Below, one piece after another: positions 1 to 11,656 of a DNA stretch of 64,000 nt. How positions within the stretch are numbered: position 1 is the stretch's first letter; the number at the start of each line of letters is the position of its first letter. The position numbers and the translations under genes were made by a program. The stretch covers positions 26,226,001 to 26,290,000 of the forward strand of contig OX597840.1 of assembly GCA_951406725.2 (NCBI GenBank), in the 5' to 3' direction. The stretch comes from Octopus vulgaris. Taxonomy: Eukaryota. Under the pieces are notes generated by a model, which was not told where the DNA came from, made no database searches, and saw nothing but the letters and a program-made list of their open reading frames with translations.

Positions 1-227
1 TCTTATTTTACAGCGATAAGGTTCAGCTGAGACACATCTATACCAAAGGGATGCCAGATACACCAATTATCGGTTACCACATAAGAGAATAAAGTAGATA
101 TATATTATTTACGTCTGGGTCTTGTTGTTTCTGACTGGTAGAGAATCTGGATTATTAAAGCAACGGAAAGTGATTGCTTCTCGCACCCCCAAAAGGTCCA
201 GAGAAGATATTCACACTAAGATCGTTA

Positions 228-1500
228 CAACTTCTTTAACTTCCTAAGACATCTCAAAAGCTTCTAAAGCAAACTTCGTTTGTTTGTTTACGTTCATCGT
301 AATTTGAATTTAAATATATATGTATTACGAAGAGAGAAAAGGATAACTTAGGTAATTAATTGAAAACAACATAAAAAAAACAGAGTACAATTCATATATA
401 ATGCCTTAAATCCCAACAACGGACCATTGAATGTGTTTATGTGAAAAAAGATATCGAAAAACATTAGCACGTAAGAGTGAGAAAGAAACTCGGAAGGTAT
501 CAGGTGGTCGTGGGGTGCGCGATAAATAACAGCTAAATTGCTCTTCAATCGGTTTTTTCCCTTCTTTGTTGGTTTCATAACCGTTTCAATCCTTGCATGT
601 ACAGCAGAAATACGCAGAAATTTTCTGAAAATTCCCCCAAAATAAAAATGTGATAAGCGGTTACATTGGGTGCTTAAAGAAAGATTCCTTTGAAAAATAG
701 ATATTAATTGTAAGTTGTAATGAAGGAGAAGAACCTTCGGAAATAGAGACTTCCTAGGTTTTAAATAAAATCCGTTCCATTTCTTCTGTATACAATATTT
801 ACTTTTCGTTTCAGTATTTCAAGTGCACACTCGTATTTTTATACATTCCGCATGTCTTAGAAATTACATCGTAATTTTCCCGCGGAATTACATGTGAGGA
901 AGAAAGAGAAAAGTTATCTACACAAGGTATCCATCGGACGTTAACAAATAATATAGGAAATAAGGAAAGATGCAATGAAATATCTGAATGTAAAGGAGAA
1001 CACAACGGAAGTATTGAAAGAACAGCCTCACCGAAGTTGAAAAAGTGGGTTTCCATCGCAAAAAAATTAGGGAAAGGTAGGTGCGGTCCATGCCCTTTAC
1101 CTCCGCTATTTCGTCTTTGTTTAGTGAGATTCTTTCTTGTAACTTACTCAACACATCGAAACAAACAGACGTACGTAATATGATACATATACAATAGAAA
1201 TATACTTACATAGTAATATATATTCAGAGAGAGTCAACGATGAAAATATGAGAATATGTTGAATCAGGGAAAAGTTAGAGTGGACAGTGACAGCTTCAAG
1301 AGAATTTTTACGACGAATATTCATATTTAACAGGTCAACATAATATAAAAAAATGCTGCATCTGTTTCTTTAGACACTTAATTACCAATTACGTGTCTAT
1401 TTAATTAGATTTTCTCTTCAATATCAGTTGTAAAGTGGAACTGAGCAAGCAATACACATGCATACGGAGCAACAAAATTAGGAAGAATTAACTCTGAACA
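228..1500 (-). other. Promoter, non-coding exon 1 and start of intron 1 of a zinc-finger unit whose ORF lies left of the window
   Basis: 1077-1500 matches 61026-61450 and 228-363 matches 60740-60870 (upstream region of U7); GTAAGTA donor on - strand at 1209. Confidence 0.65.
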
Positions 1501-1514
1501 AACGTCTTGTCTTT

Positions 1515-2460
1515 GTAAGAAATGGGGAATGTATAAAAATACGAGTGTGCACTCGAAATACCGAAACGAAAAGCAAATATCGTAACGAGAGGAAATGGAA
1601 CGGCTTTTATTTGAGAGATAGGAAGTCTTTATTTCTGGTGGTTCTTCTGCATCATTAAAATTTAGAATTAGTATGTTTTTCTAATTTATTTAATTTTTGT
1701 GTGTGTGGAGTGCTGCTTTAAGCACCTAATATAATCCCTCGTCACATATTTTTATTTTGGGGAATTTTCAGAAATTTTTGCGTACGAGAATTTGAAATTA
1801 TCCATTATTGAATCAAAAGAACATTGACAGAGGAAGGAAAACATATCACTGTGATGTTAAACCTGAATCATTCTTTCAAAATGGTGAATTAATTATACAC
1901 AATCCTATTAATATGAAAGATATAACTGTAACCTAAGCTATTCGTGCTAAATCAATCTACGAAAATGATCAATTATTGAAATGTAAATGCATTGATACAG
2001 AAGAGGAACCACGATGATGATGATCCTCATCATTTAAAATTCTCCTATTCTTGCTTCTGTGGATCAGATGGAATTCATTGATGGAGATTTTCTACATCTG
2101 GGTCCCTTTCTTGTGACCAATCTTCACCTGTTTCCAAGCAAGGAAATATTTTCCATAAAATATGGTGAGACATATTTTATGCAGAAGGCTAGAAGTGAAC
2201 AACTGCACAAGTATGACGGTCATGATGGCCCTTTACGAACATCACATAATATCTAGGCAAAGGAACACGCACAGATACATGTGTATGTCTGAAGAATTTC
2301 TTATAGGAAATATCTTAAATGTTTTCTCTACGTGTAAATGTTTGTGATTCCTATTAGGAAATGAAACACATGTAATGCTGAATAAATAATATCAAACTCT
2401 TCTCTATTGTCCTTATGTGATTTGTAATTACTCTGCAAAAAATATTATCCAAACCTCCCA
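1515..2460 (+). pseudogene. Zinc-finger unit remnant with the coding region deleted (intron-1 piece fused to 3' UTR)
   Basis: 1515-1790 matches intron-1 sequence (cf. 14012-14160; reverse complement of 28495-28780); from ~1792 it matches the U1 3' UTR (11843 onward); AATAAA at 2381. Confidence 0.7.
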
Positions 2461-2920
2461 CAAAAATAATACACACAGACAGATATGGTGGTGAGTGCAT
2501 AGTGAAAACGGTTTTGTCTTTTCATTGAAATAAATTTTTGTATCACCTACAAATTGAAATGTGTATTGGCTCTGACCCATCACCTTGGCTTATAAGTTAC
2601 CAATGATACGGTTTTCAGTGTATGCCATGTTCCTTTAATTTTTTACTCACATGAAATTGTGACTCCTATATTTTACTATACAATTTTTGTTTTCTAGGAG
2701 AAAAATTTGAGCATTTCAATTTCAAAATGTAATTTTATCTGTTTATGGTCAAAATGGAAAAATAAGAGTGAATATTTATTTTATGAGAGCTGAGTGTATA
2801 AAATTGTGCATAAAATGTCGGTGCCATCTTTGTGTAAGTGGTACCGACAATAATTGTGATTTATGAGGAAGAATTTTCAAAGAAACGCTTTCAAAAAATA
2901 TGAAATATATATATATAAAT

Positions 2921-2990
2921 GGCGGTGCCCCAGCATGGCCACAGCTTGTGAGCTGAAACTAAATAAAATAAAAATAAATAAAATATAAAG
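2921..2990 (+). mobile_element. SINE 3' tail fragment
   Basis: GGCGGTGCCCCAGCATGGCC...CTGAAAC followed by (TAAAA)n; related copies at 13328-13370 and 20117-20165. Confidence 0.55.
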
Positions 2991-3224
2991 TAGAGCCGAA
3001 ATTATTTAAAGACGAGAGTTAGTTCCCCTTGATCTTTCATCTGCGTTTTGAGAAATTTGCTGCCTTTTGTCGAGAGAGTTCGATTTTTTGCTTATCGTTG
3101 TTTGTGTTAATTGTTAATTGAACGGTGCCCGTTGTGTAACGGTAGTTTTCGCCCTGCGGGGCGGAAGGTTCTGTGTTTAAAATTGTTGTTACCTTCGGGG
3201 TGGGTTTTGAAACATTTTTGAGAA

Positions 3225-4639
3225 ATGGATTTCGACTTGGCGTCGAGGAGTGATTTTCCCGCGATGGGAACAGGTGAATTGGGGGACACTGAGGTGACAA
3301 AGCGGTCTTTTTCGGCCGCGGTGGGCGGAGCCATGATGGACGTTGAATTCGGGATCGAGCAACTGTTCGAATTTGGGAACTTGGTGAAGGTGGAAGGAGG
3401 CGAAATCAGGCGAGGGTACAAGAGGTGAAGGAGAAAGCAGTTGTATACAGGGTGTATAGCTGCAGGGAGGGGAAGATTATGGACGTCGGAAGCGAAATGG
3501 TCGAGAAGTGCTTGTCCCCGGTGTGGGACGGGGTTCGCCGTGTCGTTCGAGGTGCTCGCGGCGCTGCTGTTGAAGCACATTTTGACTCGGCTGAGGTGGA
3601 AGGGGGGTGTCATCATTGACCCTGAAAGTGATGATATCATGCTGCTGCCCTCGTATATGGGAGGAGGAGCGGCTGAACTGCTGGTGGAGGACATGCCGAG
3701 AGGGTGTGATATGGTGTGGGTGGCAGCGGCGGTCCTGCACAGTGTGGAGCGGGAGGTTTCGGTTCTGCAGATGAGAGGGAGGGAGGAGGTGCGCTGGAGG
3801 GGACGGACGCTGGAGCTCCTCGTTCAGGCGGAGAACAAGATATTGGAGAGCCTGCCCGATGGGATATTTGACGAGGATGGAGCGTCCATGGGAGTGTCAG
3901 TGGAGGGGCGCAGACCTAGATGTTTTAGATGTGGCGAGAGGGGTCGCGTCCGCTCGAGCTGCTTAAAAAAAAGAAAACCAACGAAGCCCCTCCTCAAAGT
4001 GCTTCAAACACTGAAGGGGAGAAGGCGGAAAAAGATAACAAGACGACGACAAGCAAAGAAACAGAAACGGATTGTATCGAACAAATGGATTACACACAGG
4101 TGACACACAAAAGAAAAAAAGACAACACCCTGGACTCCCCTCCCCAAACAAGGAAAAAATCAGCAAGCACCGCAGACATACACACAAAGCAAATTCCCCA
4201 GCCCTACCCCCATGGCACTGTATTCATTGGGAAACAGTTCGCCAAGCCCCTCCCCATAAAACAAGATGTGAAAAAGTCTTTAAATAAAAATGATAAGATC
4301 ATTGCTTTTGATGAAAAAAACGAAAGGGTATATAAATACTATAAATTTTCAAAATTTAAACTATTTAGCAAGGCTACAGACATAAAAGCAACCACTCGCT
4401 TCGCAAAAATAAAGGAAGACGAGTGGAAGGAGGAAATACTACAAGAACATCTAAAGAATAGACTGATAAGAGACGTAACAAAAGAAGTACTGGAGGGTAA
4501 ACTTGTTATAACCCCGGCAACCACACCTACCCAGAGCCCGGTGGCAACGCCGGTTAAGAGCCCTGCAGCTACGACCACAAGGGAGGAAGAAGGGGAAGCG
4601 GGCAGATTTAAACTGTCATGCTCCCTTTCTCAACCGTAA
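3225..4639 (+). pseudogene. Tx1 ORF1 (gag-like, degenerate knuckle CFRCGERGRVRSSC), about three frameshifts
   Basis: Overlapping ORF pieces 3225-3428, 3425-3619, 3441-4103, 3929-4639; YRVY, LLPSY and VEGRRPRC motifs are shared with the ORF1-only element. Confidence 0.8.
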
Positions 4640-4666
4640 GTTCATTTATTTTTTCTCTCACCGACA

Positions 4667-7600
4667 ATGGCTAAGCTGGGTTGTGTGAATGTACGTGGAA
4701 TGGGGACGAAATGGAAACAAATTTGTTTCCTGAACGACCTCACGACACATTGAGTAGACATAGCTATTGCAACCGAGTCCAAGATGAACGAGGCCCAAGC
4801 GTTCTCGCCTCTTCTAAATGGGTTCGAGAAATTTATTTCTCCTAGCCGAGGAAGAGGCAGAGGCGTGGCAGTCCTTATCAGGAAGAGCTTGGACTTGCAG
4901 GTAAGTACTGTCTTTCTGGACCCAGAAGGCAGGCTGGTTGTTCTGGATGTGACCCACGTAAGTAAACAGTCCTTCAGGTTGGTAGCTGTCTACGCTCCGA
5001 ACGAGGGTAGACAGACGGGTTTTTTCGGAACCTGGAGCCCTTTTTAGCGACGTCGAAAACGGTAATCCTAGTAGGGGACTTTAACACTGTCCTTGAAGCG
5101 CGGGTCGACAGTGTTGGCTCAACCAATAGGAAGGGGAACCCTAGCCTCAAGGGTCTACTAGAGAGCTTTGATCTAGTGGACCGTTACCGACTGGATGAGC
5201 CGAGCGTTCCACAGTGGACGTGGAGTAACAACGACGGCTCACACAGATCGTATTTAGATAGGATATTTATTAAGAAAAGAGATAAGGATACGTTTAGTTG
5301 TCCACAGTTTCACATTGTGCCTTACACGGATCACAAATTTGTGACGTGTAGGATGCAATTAGACAAGTGTCATAGACAGGGACCCGGGTACTGGAAGCTG
5401 AACAAGGCTATTTTGAATTGTGAAGACTTCCGTACCCGGATTAAGGTGTTAGTACAGAGGGCATTGTGTGGCACCATCATTAACAATAGATGGTGGCACT
5501 CCCTCAAAAGAGCCATTCGTTCAGAGTCCATTAGATTTAGCAATCAGCTAAGGTTAGATAGGTCTAGGATAGAGGACGATTTAGTTAAGAATCTAAACGA
5601 GGCAATGGAAGCTGGCTCTGCATCCGGAGTGATGGCGGCAAGGACGGTATTGTACCGTCACCTTAACTCCAAACACGAAGGTTGCAGAGTCAGAGCTAAG
5701 CTACGCGCTGGGAAACGAGAAGGTATTAACGTTGCCGGATGGGCCCGTCGAGTGGAGAGTCAGAGAGGTAACAAAGCCTCAATCAAGTCTTTAACTGACG
5801 AACAGGGACAAAAGATCTATGGACAGGAGGAGATGCAAAAGTTTCTTCACCAGCATTTCGCCCGCGTGTTCGGGGGTGGTGTGGCGCCGGAGCGGGGAGG
5901 ACCTTAAAGGACTTCCTGGCCGGCGGACCGCGGCTCTCGGGGCGTGAGGTGGAGTGCTGTGAAGAAGCGATCACTCCCGCGGAGATAGAGGGGATACTGG
6001 CCGGATGCGCCGGGGAGAAGTCGCCGGGGTTGGATGGTCTGCCCTACGAGTTTTACCAAAGTATGCCGGACTTGTTCGGGGGAATATTGGCAGGCGTCTA
6101 CACGAACTGGCAGCAGAATGGGAGAATTCCCAGTTCTGTAAGCCGGGGAGTGGTGACGCTAATCCAGAAAGACCCGAGCAAGGGGGATAACATTAGTAAC
6201 TACAGGCCCATAACTCTACTTAATGTAGAGTTAAAGATTTTGGCCAAGGTGTTGGCAAAAAGGTTGACGGTTGTCGTGGAGAAACTTGTAGGGAGAGCAC
6301 AGACATGTGCAATTCCAGGCAGGTCGATCCAGGACAATCTTCACCTTATACGCTACACCTTAGATAGGGTGGGTAAATTAACCGGCAAGGGCGGGGTAAT
6401 GGTCCATTTAGACCAAAGTAAAGCGTTCGATAGGGTAGACCATGAGTACCTGGCGACGGTCCTCGAAGCGGCTGGACTGGGCCCTGAATTTCGCGGGTGG
6501 ATCTCCGCTATGTATAGCGGCATCAAGTCCACCGTCCAGATAAACGGTTACCTAACGGAACCGTTTTCGATCGAATGTTCAGTTCGTCAAGGGTGCCCCT
6601 TGTCACCACTTTTGTACGTGTTGGCTCTTGAGCCATTGCTGCGAAAGTTGGAGAGGCTGGGAAGTAACTCGGATGAGATCGGAGGTGGGAGGACGGTTAC
6701 TGCTTATGCGGATGACGTCACCCTCATCGTGTCCAATGAGGCCCAGCTACCTTGTGTGGAAGAGGCTATCAGAGGATACGAGGCGGTGGCAGGAGCAAAG
6801 GTTAACAAGGACAAGTCGGTTGGCTTGCGCCTCGGCACCTGGAGGAACAAGTCGATATCGTCCAGTGTCGTGGGACACTGGACGGATGGCCCTGTTAAGT
6901 TGCTAGGAGTTTGGTTTGGGCCAGACTCCCAAACGGAGAGGAACTGGAGTGAGGTGACGAGCAAGGTGGAGGCCATAGTACGGACCTGGTCCGGAAGGTT
7001 TCTGTCCTTGAAAGGAAGGGTGGAGGTGGTACAGATGTTCATTGCATCTGTAATCACTTACCGCCTGACCGTTGTCCCTTGCCCCGATTCATGGCTTAGC
7101 AAGTTGGAGCGAATCCTTTTCCGCTTTTTGTGGAAGGGAGGAAAGCCACTTGTGAGGCGCTCCGTTTGCTGCCAGGAACCGTTAAAGGGTGGGTTAGGAA
7201 TGCCTTGGTTGATGATGCGCAGACATGTGTTGAGGCTGAAGCATCTCTGGCACCACCTGGAGGGTGATAAGGTGTGGAGTCCGCTGGCAGGGGAATTTTT
7301 CCCGAGACCGGCCTCCTTAGTGAATTTTAAACCCGGTCGCATCAAAAGATGGAAACTGACTTTATGGCAAAAGGAGTGCCGACAGGCACTCACGCTGATC
7401 CACAAGGCGGGCAAGGCCGGCTGCGGAAATACCACCTCGGTATTTTATAGAAGGCTGGTAGAGGCAAAGAACGACGACGTCCTAGGAGGGGCTCTGGGGT
7501 TTGACGAGGACCAGCTTACCAACCTGTTTAAAAAGACTTTCAGGACGGGGTACTTGGATAATTTCCAAAGATCCCTCGCCTGGCAGTGCTATAGGAATGC

Positions 7601-8054
7601 TTTACCTGTTCGCGAGAAGTTATCGCGGCACGGAATTTCAGTGCCACCGACGTGTCCAAGGTGCGAGTTGGACGATGAAACCGTCCAGCACGCTTTTGTA
7701 CACTGTCGGAAGTTGTCCGACTTGATAAGTTACGCAGAACACGTGTTATCGCATCTGGGACGAGTACAGCTGTCGGCTGAGTCTATGATTAAGATGATAC
7801 CGCCAACTGGACTCTCGAAGGAAGGTGAGGCATGTTTTCACTGCACAGTTGCAGTAGTAAAAGAATGCATGTGGCGAACAAGAATGGAAGGAGTCGCGAT
7901 AGGATCCTTTGTCTCGGGCCCCGGCTTGCTCACTTACTTCAGATATCATCTGAAGAGCAAAATGGGGCTGGAAAAGAGGATCTTACCACGGGGTGTGTAT
8001 GAGAAAAGATGGAAGGAAGTGGAAAAAAAGGTGGGTGTCAGAAACCCAGCTTAA
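4667..8054 (+). pseudogene. Tx1 ORF2: APE endonuclease, reverse transcriptase, C-terminal CCHC finger
   Basis: MAKLGCVNVRG, VAVYAP, LVGDFN, SYLDRIF, YTDH (APE); KSPGLDG, NYRPITLLN, KAFDRV, QGCPLSP, YADD (RT); CPRC..ETVQHAFVHC; TGA at 4751, frameshifts near 5025 and 5900. Confidence 0.92.
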
Positions 8055-8312
8055 CTATGGAGGGAGGAGAGGAAACAAAAGCTGCGGGGCCTTATAAATT
8101 GCCGGGGTTTAAAACTTCGGTAAAGATCGAAAGTTTATGAAATGTTATAATATTCTATTGGTCATGTAAAGGACAATTTACAGACGAATTTTTATAATGA
8201 ATAATCCAAATGTTATGGAAAATTTTTAATCGAACCTCTTAACTGTTTTTTGCATGTATGTCCTGTATGTGTCCTTTTATGTAACGATTGTATAATCGGA
8301 ATAAAGAAATAA

Positions 8313-8606
8313 AGAGTTAGTTCCCCTTGTCAAATCTCTTCCTAATTAATTGTATTTCTTGCTCTTGTTTCTCACGCACCTTGATTGTTTGATCAGTTCC
8401 ACTTTACGACTGATATTTAAGAGAAAACCCAATCAAATATATACAAATGATTGGTAATTAACTGTCTAAACAAACAGATACAGCATTTTTTATTACATTG
8501 ACCTGCGAAATATGAAGTAACGTTCGTTGTGAGAAAGGAAGAAATTCTCTTGAAGCTGTCAGAGTCCGCTCTGACTCGTTGACTCTCTCTTTATATCAAT
8601 TACTAT
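8313..8606 (+). promoter_or_regulatory. U1 putative promoter and non-coding exon 1
   Basis: GAGTTAGTTCCC motif; CCAAT 8429-8433 and ATTGG 8450-8454; GTAAGTA donor at 8607; block conserved in all units. Confidence 0.6.
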
Positions 8607-10015
8607 GTAAGTATTATGAAGACATTTCTATTGTATTAAGTATCATATTACGTACATCTGTTTGTTTCCATGTGTTGAATAAGTCAAAAGAAAGAATCTA
8701 ACCAAACAAAGAAGAAATTATATGAAAGTAAGGCTGTTCTTTTAATAATTACGATGTAATTTGTAACAAAAGATGGGGAATGTATAAAAGTACGATTGTG
8801 CACTTGAATTGCTGAAACGAAAAGGCAATATGGTATACAGACGAAATGAAAGGGCTTTGAATTGAAACACTAGAAACTACCTAATTTGACCAAAAATAAA
8901 TGTAAAAATCCGTTTATATAATATTTTACTCAAAAATTTGTAGATAAGATAAAAAAAAACCTACACGACATATAAAATGAAGGCTGATCTCCATTGTTTA
9001 AAAACTATCGCCTTGTGAAATTTAGTTTACTCTAATCAGTCACCAATAATTTAATTTTCCATGCTTGAAGCATTATAAACATTTTTATGTCCATTAAAAT
9101 ATATAGACATTATAATAATAATAATAATCAAAAGTCACTGAGAATGGTTTTAAGTTTGGTTTCACATTTTTATAATTAGGAAATACAAAACCGAATTAAG
9201 AGGAAACATTATTTTAATTAAGTCATTATGTCGTTTAAAGAAAGAACATAATAAATCCCTGCTATTTCTAGCATGCAAAGTGACTGCATACAGCATGGGT
9301 TACCTTTGAGTTAGTTCACTCTTTTCAACAAACTCCCCTCCACAAACACACTCTAGACCGATTTTGGCCCTTCTTTTCTCTAGACTGATTCTGGTACTCG
9401 AAAAACAGGGGAGAAACCCTTTTGGTTAAGAAAAACAATTTTACCTTTTCAGAGGAGAAAGTGTTTGATATAAAGGCGATTTAGCTTCACCAACTGAAAG
9501 AGTGCAAATGAAAGGTAGTTTGGAATCTGCTACAGTGGCACCAGCTTAACGCAACGCAAACGTATTAATTTAGAGGAGAAACCAGATCACTGTAATATCT
9601 GTGGCAAGTAATTCTATCAAAGAGGTAACTTCACTACTCACACAAGAGTTCATGGAGGGAAGAAGCCATATCACTGTGACATCATTAGTGAATCATTCTC
9701 TATTAGTAGTTGCCTAACTAGACCCAAGCATACTCAGACACTGGAGAAAACATCTGATATCTAGTGCCATTGACATGTATATTGGTATGTGTGTGTGTCT
9801 AGGACAGACTTAATGTCCAGGAGATGTTATTATAATACATGTGTCTACTCCCTGCTATAAACTTCTTGAAAATAGAGAGATGGGATAAGTTTAGTAGTTC
9901 AGATAAAGGATTGCTTCTATAATTTATGAAAACAGAAATGTCATAAATTTGCACTTTTGAATATCTGCCTTTTAAACATACTTGATGTCTTATATTATTT
10001 TTTCTATTCTTTCAG
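8607..10015 (+). other. Predicted 5'-UTR intron of U1 (equivalents: 13707-15389 on +; 24757-29084, 36852-38655, 43859-45662, 52206-54040, 59984-61157 on -)
   Basis: GTAAGTA donor and pyrimidine tract TTCTATTCTTTCAG acceptor conserved in every unit while the interior varies with TE insertions. Confidence 0.7.
9570..9765 (+). pseudogene. Two decayed C2H2 fingers inside the U1 intron
   Basis: Translates as [36 protein letters not shown]. Confidence 0.7.
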
Positions 10016-10444
10016 AAAATCACATGAAATTGGCTAAAAAGTATTTTTTACTTTTAAAGAATCATCAATGTTTCATGTTTTAAAGACTCTGCAAAGATAT
10101 TCTACAAACGTATAATCCTGCTCCTATAAAACATTGCCGAGTTACAGTAAAATATTTCCTCTGAGAGAGAGAAAGCATTTCTTTACTTCTGTGTCTGAAA
10201 TGTGCAGAAGATAATTTTCTCTTTTAAATATACTTTGATAGATTTCCAAAGAGTATTTGCAACATTTTTAAATATTGGCATTGATCACATTTAGAAGAAA
10301 TATAAGAGAAGTGATATTTGTTTGGAATAAACTATAAAAACAAAAAGAAGAAAAATATCCATAAATTTTGGTGAGAGGAGAATTAGTATTGAAAAGTTGT
10401 TGATCTGTACAACTTGAAAGATCGATTTTATTTTTCTTGAAGAG

Positions 10445-11656
10445 ATGTCGGAAGAATTAAGAAAATCATCATATGACTGTGACATCTGCAAAGAGTCATT
10501 CTTAGAAGAAAGTAAATTCAATCAACACAAACAAATTCATACAGGGGAACAACCATATCACTGTGATATCTGTGGTAAATCATTTTCTGATGGCAGTAGC
10601 TTACCCAACCATAAACGTATTCATACGGGGAAGAAACCATATCACTGTGATATCTGTGGTAAATCATTCTCTCGTGCTCATAGCTTAGCTATTCACAAAC
10701 GTATTCATACAGGAGACAAACCATATCACTGTGATATTTGTGGTAAATCATTTTCTAGTAGCAGTAACTTAATTAAACACAAATGTGTTCATACAGGGGA
10801 AAAACCATATCACTGTGATATCTGTGGTAAATCATTTTCTAGTAGCAGTAACTTAACTCGACACAAACGTATTCATACAGGGGAGAAACCATATCACTGT
10901 GATATCTGTGGTAAATCATTTTCTGATGGCAGTAGCTTACCCAACCACAAGCGTATTCATACAGGGGAGAAACCATATAGCTGTAGCATCTGTGGTACAT
11001 CATTCTCACATCACAGTCACTTAATTCGACATACAAGTATTCATACAGGGGAGAAACCATATCACTGTGATATCTGTGGTAAATCATTCTCTGATGGCAG
11101 TAGCTTAACCAAACACAAGCGTATTCATACAGGGGAGAAACCATATAGCTGTAGCATCTGTGGTACATCATTCTCACATCACAGTCACTTAATTCGACAT
11201 ACACGTATTCATACGGGGGAGAAACCATATCACTGTGATATCTGTGGTAAATCATTTTCTGATGGCAGTAGCTTACCCAACCACAAACGTATTCATACAG
11301 GGGAGAAACCATATAGCTGTAGCATCTGTGGTACATCATTCTCACATCACAGTCACTTAATTCGACATACACGTATTCATACAGGGGAGAAACCATATCA
11401 CTGCGATATTTGTGGTAAATCATTCTCACGTTCTCATAGCTTAGATATTCACAAGCATATCCATACAGGAGAAAGAAACTACCACTGTGATATCTGTGGT
11501 CAATCATTTTCTACTAGCAGTAACTTAACTCGACACAAACGTATTCATACAGGTGAGAAACCATATCATTGTGATATCTGTGGCAAATCTTTCTCTGAAA
11601 GCAGCAGCTTAACTAAACACAAGCATATTCATACAGGTGAGGAACCGTATCACTGA
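10445..11656 (+). CDS. C2H2 zinc-finger protein U1, 403 aa, 14 fingers
   Basis: CxxC-12-HxxxH repeats with TGEKPY linkers; AATAAA at 12420. Confidence 0.95.
   Translation: MSEELRKSSYDCDICKESFLEESKFNQHKQIHTGEQPYHCDICGKSFSDGSSLPNHKRIHTGKKPYHCDICGKSFSRAHSLAIHKRIHTGDKPYHCDICGKSFSSSSNLIKHKCVHTGEKPYHCDICGKSFSSSSNLTRHKRIHTGEKPYHCDICGKSFSDGSSLPNHKRIHTGEKPYSCSICGTSFSHHSHLIRHTSIHTGEKPYHCDICGKSFSDGSSLTKHKRIHTGEKPYSCSICGTSFSHHSHLIRHTRIHTGEKPYHCDICGKSFSDGSSLPNHKRIHTGEKPYSCSICGTSFSHHSHLIRHTRIHTGEKPYHCDICGKSFSRSHSLDIHKHIHTGERNYHCDICGQSFSTSSNLTRHKRIHTGEKPYHCDICGKSFSESSSLTKHKHIHTGEEPYH

Larger units (their letters stand above)
3032..8312 (+). mobile_element. Full-length L1/Tx1-clade non-LTR retrotransposon (disrupted ORFs)
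   Basis: ORF1 with zinc knuckle, ORF2 with APE-RT-CCHC, 3' AATAAAGAAATAA tail; flanked by a perfect 17-bp TSD AGAGTTAGTTCCCCTTG (3015-3031, 8313-8329). Confidence 0.95.

Noticed and set aside
2059-2347. Recurrent short ORFs MDQMEFIDGDF.../NNCTSMTVMMAL... in the 3' UTRs
   Set aside because: Frames, starts and lengths differ between copies; duplicated UTR sequence
8313-8600. Possibility that the Tx1 target is an snRNA, tRNA or 5S gene
   Set aside because: No similarity to U2/U1/U6, tRNA boxes or 5S recognised by eye; an Rfam/Infernal scan is needed to exclude it formally
10016-10470. N-terminal effector domain (KRAB/SCAN/BTB/ZAD) for the finger proteins
   Set aside because: Only ~9 residues precede finger 1 and upstream frames contain stops
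10839-11507. Antisense ORFs with [17 protein letters not shown] repeats (also 16316, 35369, 41862, 42282, 50881, 63587)
   Set aside because: Opposite-strand shadows of the finger repeats
10445-11656. 84-bp periodic repeats with variable inserts resembling a CRISPR array
   Set aside because: These are in-frame C2H2 fingers in eukaryotic DNA; no cas genes
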